In this document: positions 41,131-50,711 of the stretch, piece after piece
Numbering within the stretch: position 1 is the first letter of the stretch
Layout: every line of letters starts with the position of its first letter
Assembly: GCA_963767735.1 (NCBI GenBank)
Contig: CAVYES010000004.1
Location: 448,001 to 512,000 of the forward strand
DNA length: 64,000 nucleotides
Source of the DNA: Candidatus Bathyarchaeota archaeon
GTDB lineage: Archaea > Thermoproteota > Bathyarchaeia > Bathyarchaeales > Bathycorpusculaceae
Reading direction: 5' to 3'
The notes under the pieces: model-generated
The model's database searches: none
Told to the model about the DNA's origin: nothing
What the model saw: only the letters and a program-made list of their open reading frames with translations
Program-made: the position numbers and the translations under genes

Positions 41131-41202
41131 CCAAATACAACCGTTTTAAACCAGACTTAACCATTACTAACGGTTACTAACCATTTTTAACCGTAGCCTA
41201 AC
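41131..41202. repeat. 10-bp-phased array of (T)AACC motifs, 7 units
   Basis: ccaaatacaa/ccgttttaaa/ccagacttaa/ccattactaa/cggttactaa/ccatttttaa/ccgtagccta. Confidence 0.75.
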
Positions 41203-41344
41203 TTTGATTTAAGACTTGTTCCAAAAAAGCAACCCATTTCACTAAGAAAAAATTCCCGAGGCGAAAATAGTCGTTTAATTTTAAAGTTATTAGGCTATAT
41301 TCTAAACGTCTCGTTTCTTGAGGAGGGCAAAATAAATAAAAAGT

Positions 41345-41680
41345 TTAGGTTGGTGCCTCTTTGAAGAGGTCCTCTGTTTCTTGCGTTTCTTTTTCCTTTT
41401 CTGGGGTTGCTTCTTGTTCGGGTTGTGGTTCTGTTTCTTTTTTGGCTTCTGATTTTGTTGAGAATAAGCTAAGGGCTAATACTATGAATGAGAGAACAGC
41501 GAAGGCTAGGAACGGTAGCATTGCTTGAAAGATGGTGTAATCAATGAAGCTCGCAGGAGCAGATGACGAATACAATAACCTATCTATCTTGAAATTTACG
41601 TATCCAGCTATCACCATAAAGGCTATAAATACTATGCCTGACGCGAGGGCAAATTTAGTTATGTTTCTCCAGTTAACCAT
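41345..41680 (-). CDS. two-TM membrane protein with acidic tail
   Basis: Two hydrophobic segments, E/K/P-rich C-terminus. Confidence 0.6.
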   Translation of the reverse strand: MVNWRNITKFALASGIVFIAFMVIAGYVNFKIDRLLYSSSAPASFIDYTIFQAMLPFLAFAVLSFIVLALSLFSTKSEAKKETEPQPEQEATPEKEKETQETEDLFKEAPT

Positions 41681-41975
41681 TTGTTTCGCCAGTGCTCTGT
41701 TTTACATCTTCTTTACTTTTAAACTATTGCTATTTCAATTTAAAACTGTTCTATCTTAAAGACCGTTGCCTTCAAGTAGACTGAATTAGGCGTGGATGGG
41801 TTTGAGGATTTCAGAACGGAAGTCGATTGAGGTTAATTATGAATTTTATCTGTTGCATAAATTTAAATAATAAAACAATTTCCACACAAGGTTTCATTAA
41901 ACGTTAAATATATTTATGCTTAAACAACTATTAAATAAACAGTTAATCACACGCTAAATAAAAGGTGAAAGATAA

Positions 41976-43345
41976 ATGAGAAACTTCAAAGATGCGTCTT
42001 GGAAAGAAAACGTAACAAAGGTAATTCAAGCAAATACAGTGAACAAGAAATTAAATTCATTCGACTTCAATTCACAGACATTAACGGTATGTTAAAGAAT
42101 TTGGCTGTAAGCTCAAAAAACATTGAGTCAATATTTGAAAACGGCCAATCTTTCGACGGATCCTCCATAACAGGCTACAGGCCTATTGAAGAATCAGACA
42201 TGGTGCTGTACCCTGACCCAACAACCTTCGCGGTTCTGCCTTGGCGACCAAAAGAAAAATCATCTGCGCGGCTGATCTGCGACATTTACACTCCCCAAAA
42301 CAAACGTTTCGAAGGAGACCCACGGTACGTTCTTGAACGAGTCAGTCGATAAAGCGTCCAAAGCAGGCTACACATTCATGTGTGCTCCAGAACTGGAATT
42401 TTTCATAGTGAAAGAAAGCGAAACTGGAGGTTTGCCGACGCCGATAGACATGGCGGGTTACTTTGATTTTCATCCTGGCGACTTAACGGACGATTTGAGA
42501 CGTGAAATCGCTGACACTGCTGAAGCTTTCGGCATAGAAATAGAGATTTCTCATCATGAAGTTGCACTTGGGGCAAAACGAAATTGACTTCAAATATGAC
42601 GAAGCCTTGAAAACGGCTGACCGAACTATTACTATGAAAATGTGCGGGAAAGTGGTTGGCGCAAGAAACGGCTACATAACCACGTATATGCCTAAACCCT
42701 TCTCAGGCATAAACGGTTCAGGAATGCACACTCACCAAAGCCTCTGGAACAAAAACGTGTCGCAAAACCTCTTTTACGCAGACGATGAGAAAAACGGTTT
42801 CCTCTCAGACTTAGCAAGAAACTTTATCGGCGGGCAACTGGCTCACGGACGCAAAATGTGCGCAATCCTAGACTCATGGCCAAACAGCTTCAAACGATTA
42901 GTCCCAGGCTACGAAGCACCAGTATATCTTGCTTGGGCACACAAAAACCGTTCCCCGCTTATCCGCGTACCAAACTTTGGCGGAAGAAAAAACGCTGCCC
43001 GATGCGAAATCCGCTGCCCAGACGGCGCAGGAAACCCATATCTGCAGTTTGCAGTGCTTCTCGCGACTGGTTTAGACGGCATCAAAAACAGGATTGACCC
43101 AGGCGACCCAGTGGAATTAAACGTTTACCAAATGACCTATGAAGAACGCAAAGAACGAAACATCGTTTCCCTGCCAGAATCCCTGCAAGAAGCCCTAGAC
43201 GAGCTGGAAACCAGCGATTTAATGCGTGAAACACTAGGCGAAACCGCATTCGACAAACTTCCTGAGTGAAAAACGCAGAGAATGGGACCTCTACCGCACA
43301 CAAGTCACCGAGTGGGAAGTCAACCGCTACATCAAACGACTCTAA
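41976..43345 (+). CDS. glnA: second type I glutamine synthetase (GSI-alpha-like), about four indels
   Basis: FIRLQFTD, FDGSS, HHEVA, YMPKP, NGSGMH, KRLVPGYEAP, NPYL, QVTEWE across consecutive frames. Confidence 0.88.
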
Positions 43346-43456
43346 GCCAAAACGGCTTATTTTTCTTTCTTTTAATTGTTTTTGTTGTGTCAATGTTGTA
43401 GTCACAATTTCTTATTTTTAGGTCTAAGTAACTGTGTGACTAGAGGTGATTCATTT

Positions 43457-43762
43457 ATGGAAATGAACCAGAAAGCGGACCCTTTGGTGTCGGCTAAAAA
43501 CGTTTACAAGTTCATAAATGAAAATGACCGAATGCGCGTTCTCAAAGTAACTTTCAAACCTGGCGATACAGCTAAAATGCATCATCATCCTCAACACATG
43601 GTTTATGTTTTGAAAGGTGGAAAACTAAAACTTATCTCAGAAGGCAAAACCCAAGAGATGGATTTGAAGGAAGGCTCCGCTGTTTTCTTAGATGCCCAGA
43701 ACCATGAAGCAACAAACATTGGCGACACAGTGATTGATTTGTTAGTTGTAGAATTGAAATAA
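43457..43762 (+). CDS. cupin-domain protein
   Basis: ENDRMRVL, MHHHP..VYVL.GG, HEATNIG; ATG after GAGGTGA. Confidence 0.85.
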   Translation: MEMNQKADPLVSAKNVYKFINENDRMRVLKVTFKPGDTAKMHHHPQHMVYVLKGGKLKLISEGKTQEMDLKEGSAVFLDAQNHEATNIGDTVIDLLVVELK

Positions 43763-43806
43763 TAGCTACTATTGTGCTTGCTTTCAACTCTTATTTTTGT
43801 TATTTT

Positions 43807-45080
43807 TTAGTCCTTGATTTTTTCAGTCAACTCTTTAATTGGACGGTTGTTTGTTCCCGTTTAGCTAAATTCTTTAGCATCACAGCACCCTCTTTCAATT
43901 CTCGCTCGCCAACGATCACGGCGTAATCAACTTTGCGTTTGTCCGCATCCTCCAAAGCCTTACCCATCTTGCGTCCCATAATCTCAAACTCAACAATAAC
44001 TCCTGAAGTTCTGAGCATCTGCAGCAATTTTTAATGCTTCAACTTTCAAGGCATCATTTACTGCCAGAACAAGAACCCTTTTCTCAACCTTACCTCCTAA
44101 CGTTGCTTTTTGAGTTTGCAAAGCAAGCGCAACCCTGTCAATTCCATGTGCACACCCAACCGCTGGCGTGGGTTCGCCGCCGAACAATTCAATAAGCCTA
44201 TCGTATCTGCCTCCGCCGCCCAAAGCAATGTCCAACTCGGGAATGTAGATTTCAAAAATCATGCCAGTGTAATACTCTAAGCCTCGTGCGAACGCAGGCT
44301 CCACAACTTGAACTGGGCACCCGCTCTCTACAATGAGCTTAAGGATTTCGCCGAGGTTTTCTGCTGCCGCCTTAGCTTTCTCGCAACCAGCCACATAAGC
44401 TTTGATTTTTTCAACCGTTTCAAAACAGTCGTTGCTTTTCAGATTCAGTAATCCTTCCAGCATGCTGCGGCACTTATCTGTTGGCGCCAGCTTGAAAGCT
44501 TCCTCATACTCTTTCTTGTCCATGCGCTGCAAAATGGCGTTCTGAGTTTTTTCATCCACGCCTTCTTGGCTGAGAATGCCCCGTATGACGCCTATATGCC
44601 CGATTTTGAATGCGTAACCCTGCAAACCCAACGCTTTCATCAAACTGTTAGTTAGCAAAACAATTTCGGCGTCTGCCTCTGGCTTGGCTGAACCCATGAG
44701 TTCAAAGTTTGACTGCCAAAACTCCCGTAACGCCCCCGCTGTGGCTCATCATAACGGTAAACACTGCCCACAGAGAAAAGCCTAAGAGGTTTAGGCTCGT
44801 TTTTCAGCGCTGTCGTGGCTAAGCGTGCGATTGAGGCAGTGAATTCTGGGCGTAACGCCACTTGGCGCTCGCCGAGGTCTTTGAAGATGAACATGCGTTG
44901 GCGAATTTCCTCACCCGACTTCGCGCTTAAAAGCTCAAGCGGTTCAACTACTGGCGTTATGACTTCTTTGTAACCATAAAGCGCCGCTGTTTCTCGGGCT
45001 TTAGCGATGATGTATGTGAAGGTTTGTGCTTCTTCACCGAGTAAATCTCTCATTCCACGGACAGTTTGGAAAGTGGGCAT
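43807..45080 (-). CDS. hisS: histidyl-tRNA synthetase (split by indels)
   Basis: RGMRD, LRPEFTA, YRYDEPQ.GR, RGLEYYTG, GGGRYD, anticodon-binding domain. Confidence 0.95.
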
Positions 45081-45217
45081 AACGTTTTCTCCTTACCTGT
45101 AAACTTGCAGTGAAAATGTGCAATTGTTTGTATTTAGCTCTTGGCTTTCGAGTAGGGCACAAGCATCAATCGTGGCTTTCTGTGAAAGAAAAAGACATAA
45201 AATAGTGTGTAAGTTCG

Positions 45218-45832
45218 TTAAGGCTGCCTTATACCCAGGGCGTCCTTTGTTTCTTTAACTGTTTGTTCAAATTCGCTGTGTTCCATTGACTCTTTTATTT
45301 CATTTACCATGTGGTAGCTTCCCTGTTCAACTATGTTTTCTAAGAAGCTGAGGTCCGCAGCATCTGGCGTCAGTTCCCATTTATACTGGCGCACATCGCA
45401 TACAGCGCAATATTCAAAATCGAATTCAAAAGGTTCAGAAATTTTGCTTTCATCAAAGGCGGGTTTAAACTCAGTTCCTTTGTTCTCACCCACATCACTT
45501 AAAACTACGTGGGTTGACCGCATAACGTGTTCTCTGCATTCAATTTCAGCCAAAAGATTCTCTAAATTATCAATCTCTTTACCTGAAGGCGTTTGATCTG
45601 AATACTCGACTAGGGCTTTCCTTAAAGCATGTTTAGACGCTACTGATAAATCATCAAACGCCCATTCAGTATCATAAAAAAACTCTCTGTTCTCCGGATA
45701 TTTATCCAACAACAAATCCCTAATCTCAGAGGGCACACTGCAGCTTTCCAGCGCATTTCTAATAGTTTTAACTTCACTAAAATCCAGAAAGTTGTCTTCT
45801 TTTTCAACGTTGCTCATTCGTTTATTCCTCAA
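45218..45832 (-). CDS. acidic hypothetical protein
   Basis: 204-aa ORF, no recognised motif. Confidence 0.55.
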   Translation of the reverse strand: MRNKRMSNVEKEDNFLDFSEVKTIRNALESCSVPSEIRDLLLDKYPENREFFYDTEWAFDDLSVASKHALRKALVEYSDQTPSGKEIDNLENLLAEIECREHVMRSTHVVLSDVGENKGTEFKPAFDESKISEPFEFDFEYCAVCDVRQYKWELTPDAADLSFLENIVEQGSYHMVNEIKESMEHSEFEQTVKETKDALGIRQP

Positions 45833-46037
45833 TTAAACGGTTGTTATGCAGATTAAAAAATTTTCCTAAACTTGAATTTTGCAATCGCGATAACGGGTGG
45901 GGTTAATTTTGAAAAGGGGCTCCATGATTTTTCGTTTACTTCTTTTAATCTGCGCTTTTTGATTGCCTCAGCCAAAAGAACCCCAGTTTGAAAGTTCAGG
46001 CGAACCACAAAGAGATCCAGATAAGTTGCCTGTGAAG

Positions 46038-46793
46038 TTAATTAAGGCGGGCAATGGGGCTTCGTATCTTGTGCGAGCCTTGTCTTGACTGCCTTAATAC
46101 CATAACTGCAGAGGATACAGATACCGCAATCATTAACGTCAGAATTGCCAATATCCAAGGAAACTCTGGAACCGTAGGGGTCGACGTAGATTTTGGAGTT
46201 GGTGAAGGCGAAGATACAATTTGGAAAACCGTAGTTGCAAAACTATGGGAACCATCATGCGTATTGGCGTAGACCGTTACTGTATGGTTTCCATCAGGGA
46301 TTTCGGTAAAGTTCACAGTTATTGAAGCATTAAGCGCGTCAACATAGTTTGGCTGAACGCCCAAAACTTGGTGAATCCCCTCAATCCAATTTGCCTCATA
46401 ATAAACACTGTCAATCACCCAAAAATACGAAGCTACGTTTACATTTAATGAAAAGTTACCTGTTTGCAATACAGTTTGATTTTCAGGAGATACTATTTCA
46501 CAGATTGGAGGTATATCTGCCTCGCGGATGGCTGGTGGCTGTATAACAGTCAAATTTGTATTCCAAGGAGTAAAAGAAACAGTTGGTTCTGGAATTGTTG
46601 GAGTTGAAACAGGTGAAGAAGTGGGTGTTGGAGTAAAGGTAGGTAAGGCGGTAGGTGTTAGAGCTAAAGCTGTGTTTGGACGTTTTAGTTCGGTAGGTAA
46701 ATCAACAGCAAAAAAAGCTACGCTAATCAAGACGGCCATAATTAAGGCTTTTATTCTTCTATCCAACATCCTCACCAGCATTAAAGTAAGCAA
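46038..46793 (-). CDS. cell-surface protein with Ig-like domain and PEF-CTERM-like sorting signal
   Basis: Signal/TM, P/T linkers, PDGNHTVTVYAN, VPEFP + TM + basic tail. Confidence 0.75.
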   Translation of the reverse strand: MLTLMLVRMLDRRIKALIMAVLISVAFFAVDLPTELKRPNTALALTPTALPTFTPTPTSSPVSTPTIPEPTVSFTPWNTNLTVIQPPAIREADIPPICEIVSPENQTVLQTGNFSLNVNVASYFWVIDSVYYEANWIEGIHQVLGVQPNYVDALNASITVNFTEIPDGNHTVTVYANTHDGSHSFATTVFQIVSSPSPTPKSTSTPTVPEFPWILAILTLMIAVSVSSAVMVLRQSRQGSHKIRSPIARLN

Positions 46794-46867
46794 AAGGTCA
46801 TTTTTAACTCTCCCCTAAGAACAATCTGTTCCGCTAAAAGAACAGCAAGTTTCTTGACCAACCATCG

Positions 46868-47188
46868 TTGAGCGAACAAAAGCGGGAAGTTATGCTGGAG
46901 ATATATTCAGATGCGGTTAACGCCGTTATGGCAGTTAAAAGCTTCCAAGCGGCTGTTGTGGATCCCAACATCAAATTTTCTACCTGGCTATTTGTCAACT
47001 CAGGCAATCCCAACACTTGCAAAAAATGCGACAATTACAGCGGCGACGAATATGAGCTTGAGGACCCTGACGATTTACTGGATATCTTCCCATACGGGAC
47101 CTTTGTTGCAGAGGACACTTTCGCCTGTAACGTTCACCCGAATTGTCTGTGCTATTGTGTTGAGCAGTCGGATTATAGGAAAACTTGA
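46868..47188 (+). CDS. phage Mu F/SPP1 gp7-like minor head protein domain
   Basis: TCKKC...HPNCLC motif. Confidence 0.55.
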   Translation: MSEQKREVMLEIYSDAVNAVMAVKSFQAAVVDPNIKFSTWLFVNSGNPNTCKKCDNYSGDEYELEDPDDLLDIFPYGTFVAEDTFACNVHPNCLCYCVEQSDYRKT

Positions 47189-47228
47189 TCTCAATGATGC
47201 TGTCCGCTTGCTAGGCTTTAACGCAGAG

Positions 47229-47696
47229 TTATGAAAGCGTAGCTTCAGTATAGTACAATGCTTGTGGCGTTGAAACGCAAATCGCCATAATTGATTCTGA
47301 AGCGTAGTTCGAGCCGGGTACTATGAGGTTAGCTTGGAGGATATCGCCGCTTTTTAGGTCATAATTAAGAGACGTTGCCGCATTAACGATAGTACCATTT
47401 AAGTAAATGGTTAAGCCTGCGACGTTTTCTTGGCTTACTTGGTTAACAAGAAACTTATCTAATTGGGTAGGGACAGCCGCTGTATTCGTAATTGATAATG
47501 AGACATTGTAAAATCCGTTATTTTCTGAAATACCCTGCATATTTAGGCTTAAACTTTCAGGTGGCATTCTAATGCTAATTGGCGGATTTGTTATAGCTGA
47601 AATTTGTGGGGTTAATACTATGAACAATAGGCAGGCTACTCCAAGTGCTATAATACATATTGAAATGATATTCGTCGCTGTAGACTTTTTCACCAT
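47229..47696 (-). CDS. membrane-anchored/secreted beta-rich protein
   Basis: N-terminal TM, SITNT..P..LD. Confidence 0.6.
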   Translation of the reverse strand: MVKKSTATNIISICIIALGVACLLFIVLTPQISAITNPPISIRMPPESLSLNMQGISENNGFYNVSLSITNTAAVPTQLDKFLVNQVSQENVAGLTIYLNGTIVNAATSLNYDLKSGDILQANLIVPGSNYASESIMAICVSTPQALYYTEATLS

Positions 47697-47815
47697 TAAG
47701 CGCCTGCTACTTCATAAGATAATTTCCTTAAGATTATGATATGTACGTCTTAGCGGTCTCAGACACTCGGAAAAAATCCCGTATAAAACATAGAATTTAG
47801 CTGGAGAACTGCTCT

Positions 47816-48030
47816 TTGGAATTGATTTATGATGTCGATGTAAAAGCCAGCCTTGATGACCTAAGGAAAACAGGCATGGAAAGGTACGCGATTGATTTTT
47901 CAGTTAACAAAAACCGCTGGCAAGTACCCGACACGAACATCGACTATTTTGCTTCTATGCTACAGGAGACGCAGATTCGGGTTAATCGCCGAGAAAAAGT
48001 TGAGACCATTAAAGGTGATAATAATATTTC
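47816..48030 (+). pseudogene. truncated viral prohead-protease-like N-terminus
   Basis: YAIDFSVNKNRWQVP...QIRVN; frame runs into the convergent gene. Confidence 0.35.
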
Positions 48031-48031
48031 T

Positions 48032-48832
48032 TTACGGTTTGTATGCTTCTGCTTCTATGCGCATCATGCTTACATGAACTGTGCTATCAGCGTCTGGAGA
48101 GTGATTATTTAGATAGCGGTTAACGATTTGTTCAACGAATTTTGGTTTAAGTTCAGTTGGAAGTTTGTCTGTGAAGGGCAGCCATGTGTTTCGTATCCAC
48201 CCAGCTAAGCCTTCTGCGCCGTTAAACTTCATGTCTTTTGGAAAAAGCTCCACCTGCTCAGGCTCCAAACCCGCCTGCTTCAGGAAACTCTTGTACTCTT
48301 CTGGGTCGTAGAAGCCGTAGGGAAACGCCATTTTATGGAAATACCCTGTCCAAGGCTCCATATCCACAAGCTCGTAAATGATGTCGAGAATGTCTTTGGC
48401 GTTGCCTTTGCCCGCCATCTGAAACAGCAGCCTGCCGCCTGGCTTTAAGCTCCTCTGTACGCCCTCGAGCACGGCTTTTTGGTCCACAATCCAATGCAAT
48501 GCAGCATTAGAAAACACTACGTCAAATTGCGATTGAAAAGCCAGTTTCCTTGCATCCATCACCTGAAAAGTCAGGTTCGGGTAATCTTTTTGCGGGAAAG
48601 AGTTTTGTGCCAGGTTTATCATTTTTTCTGAGCTGTCAACGCCAACTGCCCAGCCCTCGGGTAGGCTCCGTGCGAGCTCAGCCGTGATTTTGCCGTCGCC
48701 GCAGCCGATGTCGAGTAGCGCTTCGTTTCCTTTGAGTTTTAGTTTGGGAAAAAGTTCTCTTGCCCATTGCTGCTGGTTTGCGCTGTTTTTGGCGTAGTCC
48801 TGTGCATTCCAGTTGTAAGGGGAGTTTGCCAT
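48032..48832 (-). CDS. class I methyltransferase (Tam-like)
   Basis: WNAQDY, LLDIGCGDG, FDVVFSNAALHW, LKPGG; start at MANSP. Confidence 0.88.
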   Translation of the reverse strand: MANSPYNWNAQDYAKNSANQQQWARELFPKLKLKGNEALLDIGCGDGKITAELARSLPEGWAVGVDSSEKMINLAQNSFPQKDYPNLTFQVMDARKLAFQSQFDVVFSNAALHWIVDQKAVLEGVQRSLKPGGRLLFQMAGKGNAKDILDIIYELVDMEPWTGYFHKMAFPYGFYDPEEYKSFLKQAGLEPEQVELFPKDMKFNGAEGLAGWIRNTWLPFTDKLPTELKPKFVEQIVNRYLNNHSPDADSTVHVSMMRIEAEAYKP

Positions 48833-48843
48833 GTTTTCACTGG

Positions 48844-49413
48844 CTATTTGAATGTTAGTTGTGAGACGGAGTAGTAGACTATTTCGCCTCGGCGGTTCAT
48901 GACTGCTAGGGTTAGTTCTTTCTTTTGGTTTTGGCACTGCTGCATGGCTTCGGCTAATTCATCTATGCCGAGCGGTTTGCCCTCTTGCGTGCTCATTACC
49001 AGATAGGGCGCGGTGTCTTTGCCGTATTCGCCTCGTTCGTACATGCGAAAATCTGTTCCAGCGCCAAACCCTTCCCGCGCCACGTAACCGCGGCTTCTCA
49101 GGTCACGGTAGACAAGGTAGCTGACCCAGCCGTTCTCGTTTTTGGCTTCGTAGCAGTGCAGGAGCATTTGGAAATCCGCCACTTTGCCGCTTTCATCTTT
49201 GACTTCAAGCATCCCCTTATCCACAAGATACAATGCTTCAAAAAAGGTAAGCGTGAAAACCTTGTCCTCTAATGTGCCATACCCCCGCGAAGTAAGCGCG
49301 TCTATGCTGCTCTGCTCAGCGACCACAACGCCTTTTTTTGCAAAGGCGCCGTTTGTTCTAAATTCCGGGGGCTGCACCTTTTTGTTTTCGCTCATTTTGC
49401 TCTTTTCCTTCAT
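48844..49413 (-). CDS. endA: tRNA splicing endonuclease subunit (probably non-catalytic)
   Basis: EALYL, VYRDLRSRGY, DFR.YERG; catalytic Tyr and His positions substituted. Confidence 0.85.
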   Translation of the reverse strand: MKEKSKMSENKKVQPPEFRTNGAFAKKGVVVAEQSSIDALTSRGYGTLEDKVFTLTFFEALYLVDKGMLEVKDESGKVADFQMLLHCYEAKNENGWVSYLVYRDLRSRGYVAREGFGAGTDFRMYERGEYGKDTAPYLVMSTQEGKPLGIDELAEAMQQCQNQKKELTLAVMNRRGEIVYYSVSQLTFK

Positions 49414-50422
49414 TCTTGAACTTGCTAAAATCTTTACTGTAGTAAACTTGGGTTTCGCATATGATTGCTGACACGTATTTTAACGGGGTGATGTCGAAGG
49501 CTGGGTTCATGACGTTGACGCCTTCGGGAGCAATTTGCTGGAAACAGATCTGCGTGACTTCTTCTGGTCTGCGTTCCTCAATAATTACATCTGACGCTTT
49601 ATGCTGCAGGTCGAAGGTGGATTTTGGCGCCGCCACATAAAACGGTATGCCATGCTCATGCGCAAGAATCGCCACCGAGTAAGTTCCAATCTTGTTAACC
49701 ACGGCGTCTTGGACGATGCGGTCGGCGCCCACAATAACCTTGTTAACGAGGCCTTTGCTCATAACGTAACCCGCCATATTATCCGTAATCAAAGTAACAG
49801 GAATGCCATCGCGCTTCAGCTCATAAACCGTAAGCCTCGCACCCTGCAGCAAAGGACGGGTTTCGTCGGCGATAACCTTGATTTTTTTGCCCTCTTCCCA
49901 AGCCGCCCGAATAACACCCAAAGCGGTGCCGTACTCGACTGTTGCCAACTCACCCGCGTTACAATGGGTCAAAATAGTGTCGCCGTCCTCAATGAGCACT
50001 GCTCCGTTTTTGCCAATTGCACGGTTCTGCCTCGCATCTTCATCCGCAATTTTCTGCGCCTCCTCAATCACCGCTGCCTTTAGTTCTTCAACATTTCCTG
50101 AAAAGCCCCTTGCGACGTTTAAGACACGGTCTACGCCCCAAAACAGGTTTACGGCAGTTGGACGTTGATGTTTAATAATTGCGCCCGCGTTCTCCAGTTC
50201 AATTAACAATTTTTCTTTACTCTGCGCTTTTGAGTGGCAAACTGCTAACGCAACTCCGAATCCTGCAGCTGCACCCAACAACGGGGCGCCCCTGACGCGC
50301 AGGGTTTTTATGGCTTCAGCCATCTGCTCAACAGTTTTGATCTCTAAAGTGACTTCTTGAAGGGGGAGTTTGGTTTGGTCAATTGTAATGACCGTTCCAT
50401 CGCGCCACTGTATCATTCGCAT
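49358..50422 (-). CDS. mtnA: S-methyl-5-thioribose-1-phosphate isomerase (eIF-2B alpha-like)
   Basis: DQTKLP, VRGAP, RPTAVNL, THCNAG.LAT..YGTA, ETRP, GADRI, NPAFD. Confidence 0.92.
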   Translation of the reverse strand: MRMIQWRDGTVITIDQTKLPLQEVTLEIKTVEQMAEAIKTLRVRGAPLLGAAAGFGVALAVCHSKAQSKEKLLIELENAGAIIKHQRPTAVNLFWGVDRVLNVARGFSGNVEELKAAVIEEAQKIADEDARQNRAIGKNGAVLIEDGDTILTHCNAGELATVEYGTALGVIRAAWEEGKKIKVIADETRPLLQGARLTVYELKRDGIPVTLITDNMAGYVMSKGLVNKVIVGADRIVQDAVVNKIGTYSVAILAHEHGIPFYVAAPKSTFDLQHKASDVIIEERRPEEVTQICFQQIAPEGVNVMNPAFDITPLKYVSAIICETQVYYSKDFSKFKNEGKEQNERKQKGAAPGI

Positions 50423-50711
50423 TTTCCATGAACCTCGAACTGATTGTATTAATGCTTAGTTGAAAGCCGTTCTGTTTAAGATTTCGGAAAAAACCTTCAA
50501 TTAAATCTCGTAAGATTAACAAAATATTTGGCTTGGCAAAATTCAAAGATCCAAAAAACCTAAGTCAATGCCTATAATTTTTGTTTTTTTATCTGTGCGA
50601 ATTTTAAATAAAATATTGATTCATTTAAAATAAAAAGAGCACATGCGTCAACATAATTGACAAATATTTAGCGTAAGTGATAAATATTAACGAAAACCAT
50701 ACGAGTGGTAA

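Noticed and set aside
40652-41164. ORF-track ORFs 40652-41164 (-) and 40716-41033 (+)
   Set aside because: They are shadows of the startless AbrB-like frame
41131-41202. CRISPR array
   Set aside because: 10-bp degenerate units without spacers, and no cas genes
20377-45080. Programmed frameshifting or pseudogenisation of EF-2, hisS, glnA2 and others
   Set aside because: Indels are scattered over many unrelated genes, including hisS, often in short runs and without a shared slippery motif; sequencing error is more parsimonious
49358-49413. Functional overlap of mtnA and endA
   Set aside because: Probably due to start-site choice or a 3' indel in mtnA; cannot be resolved without reads
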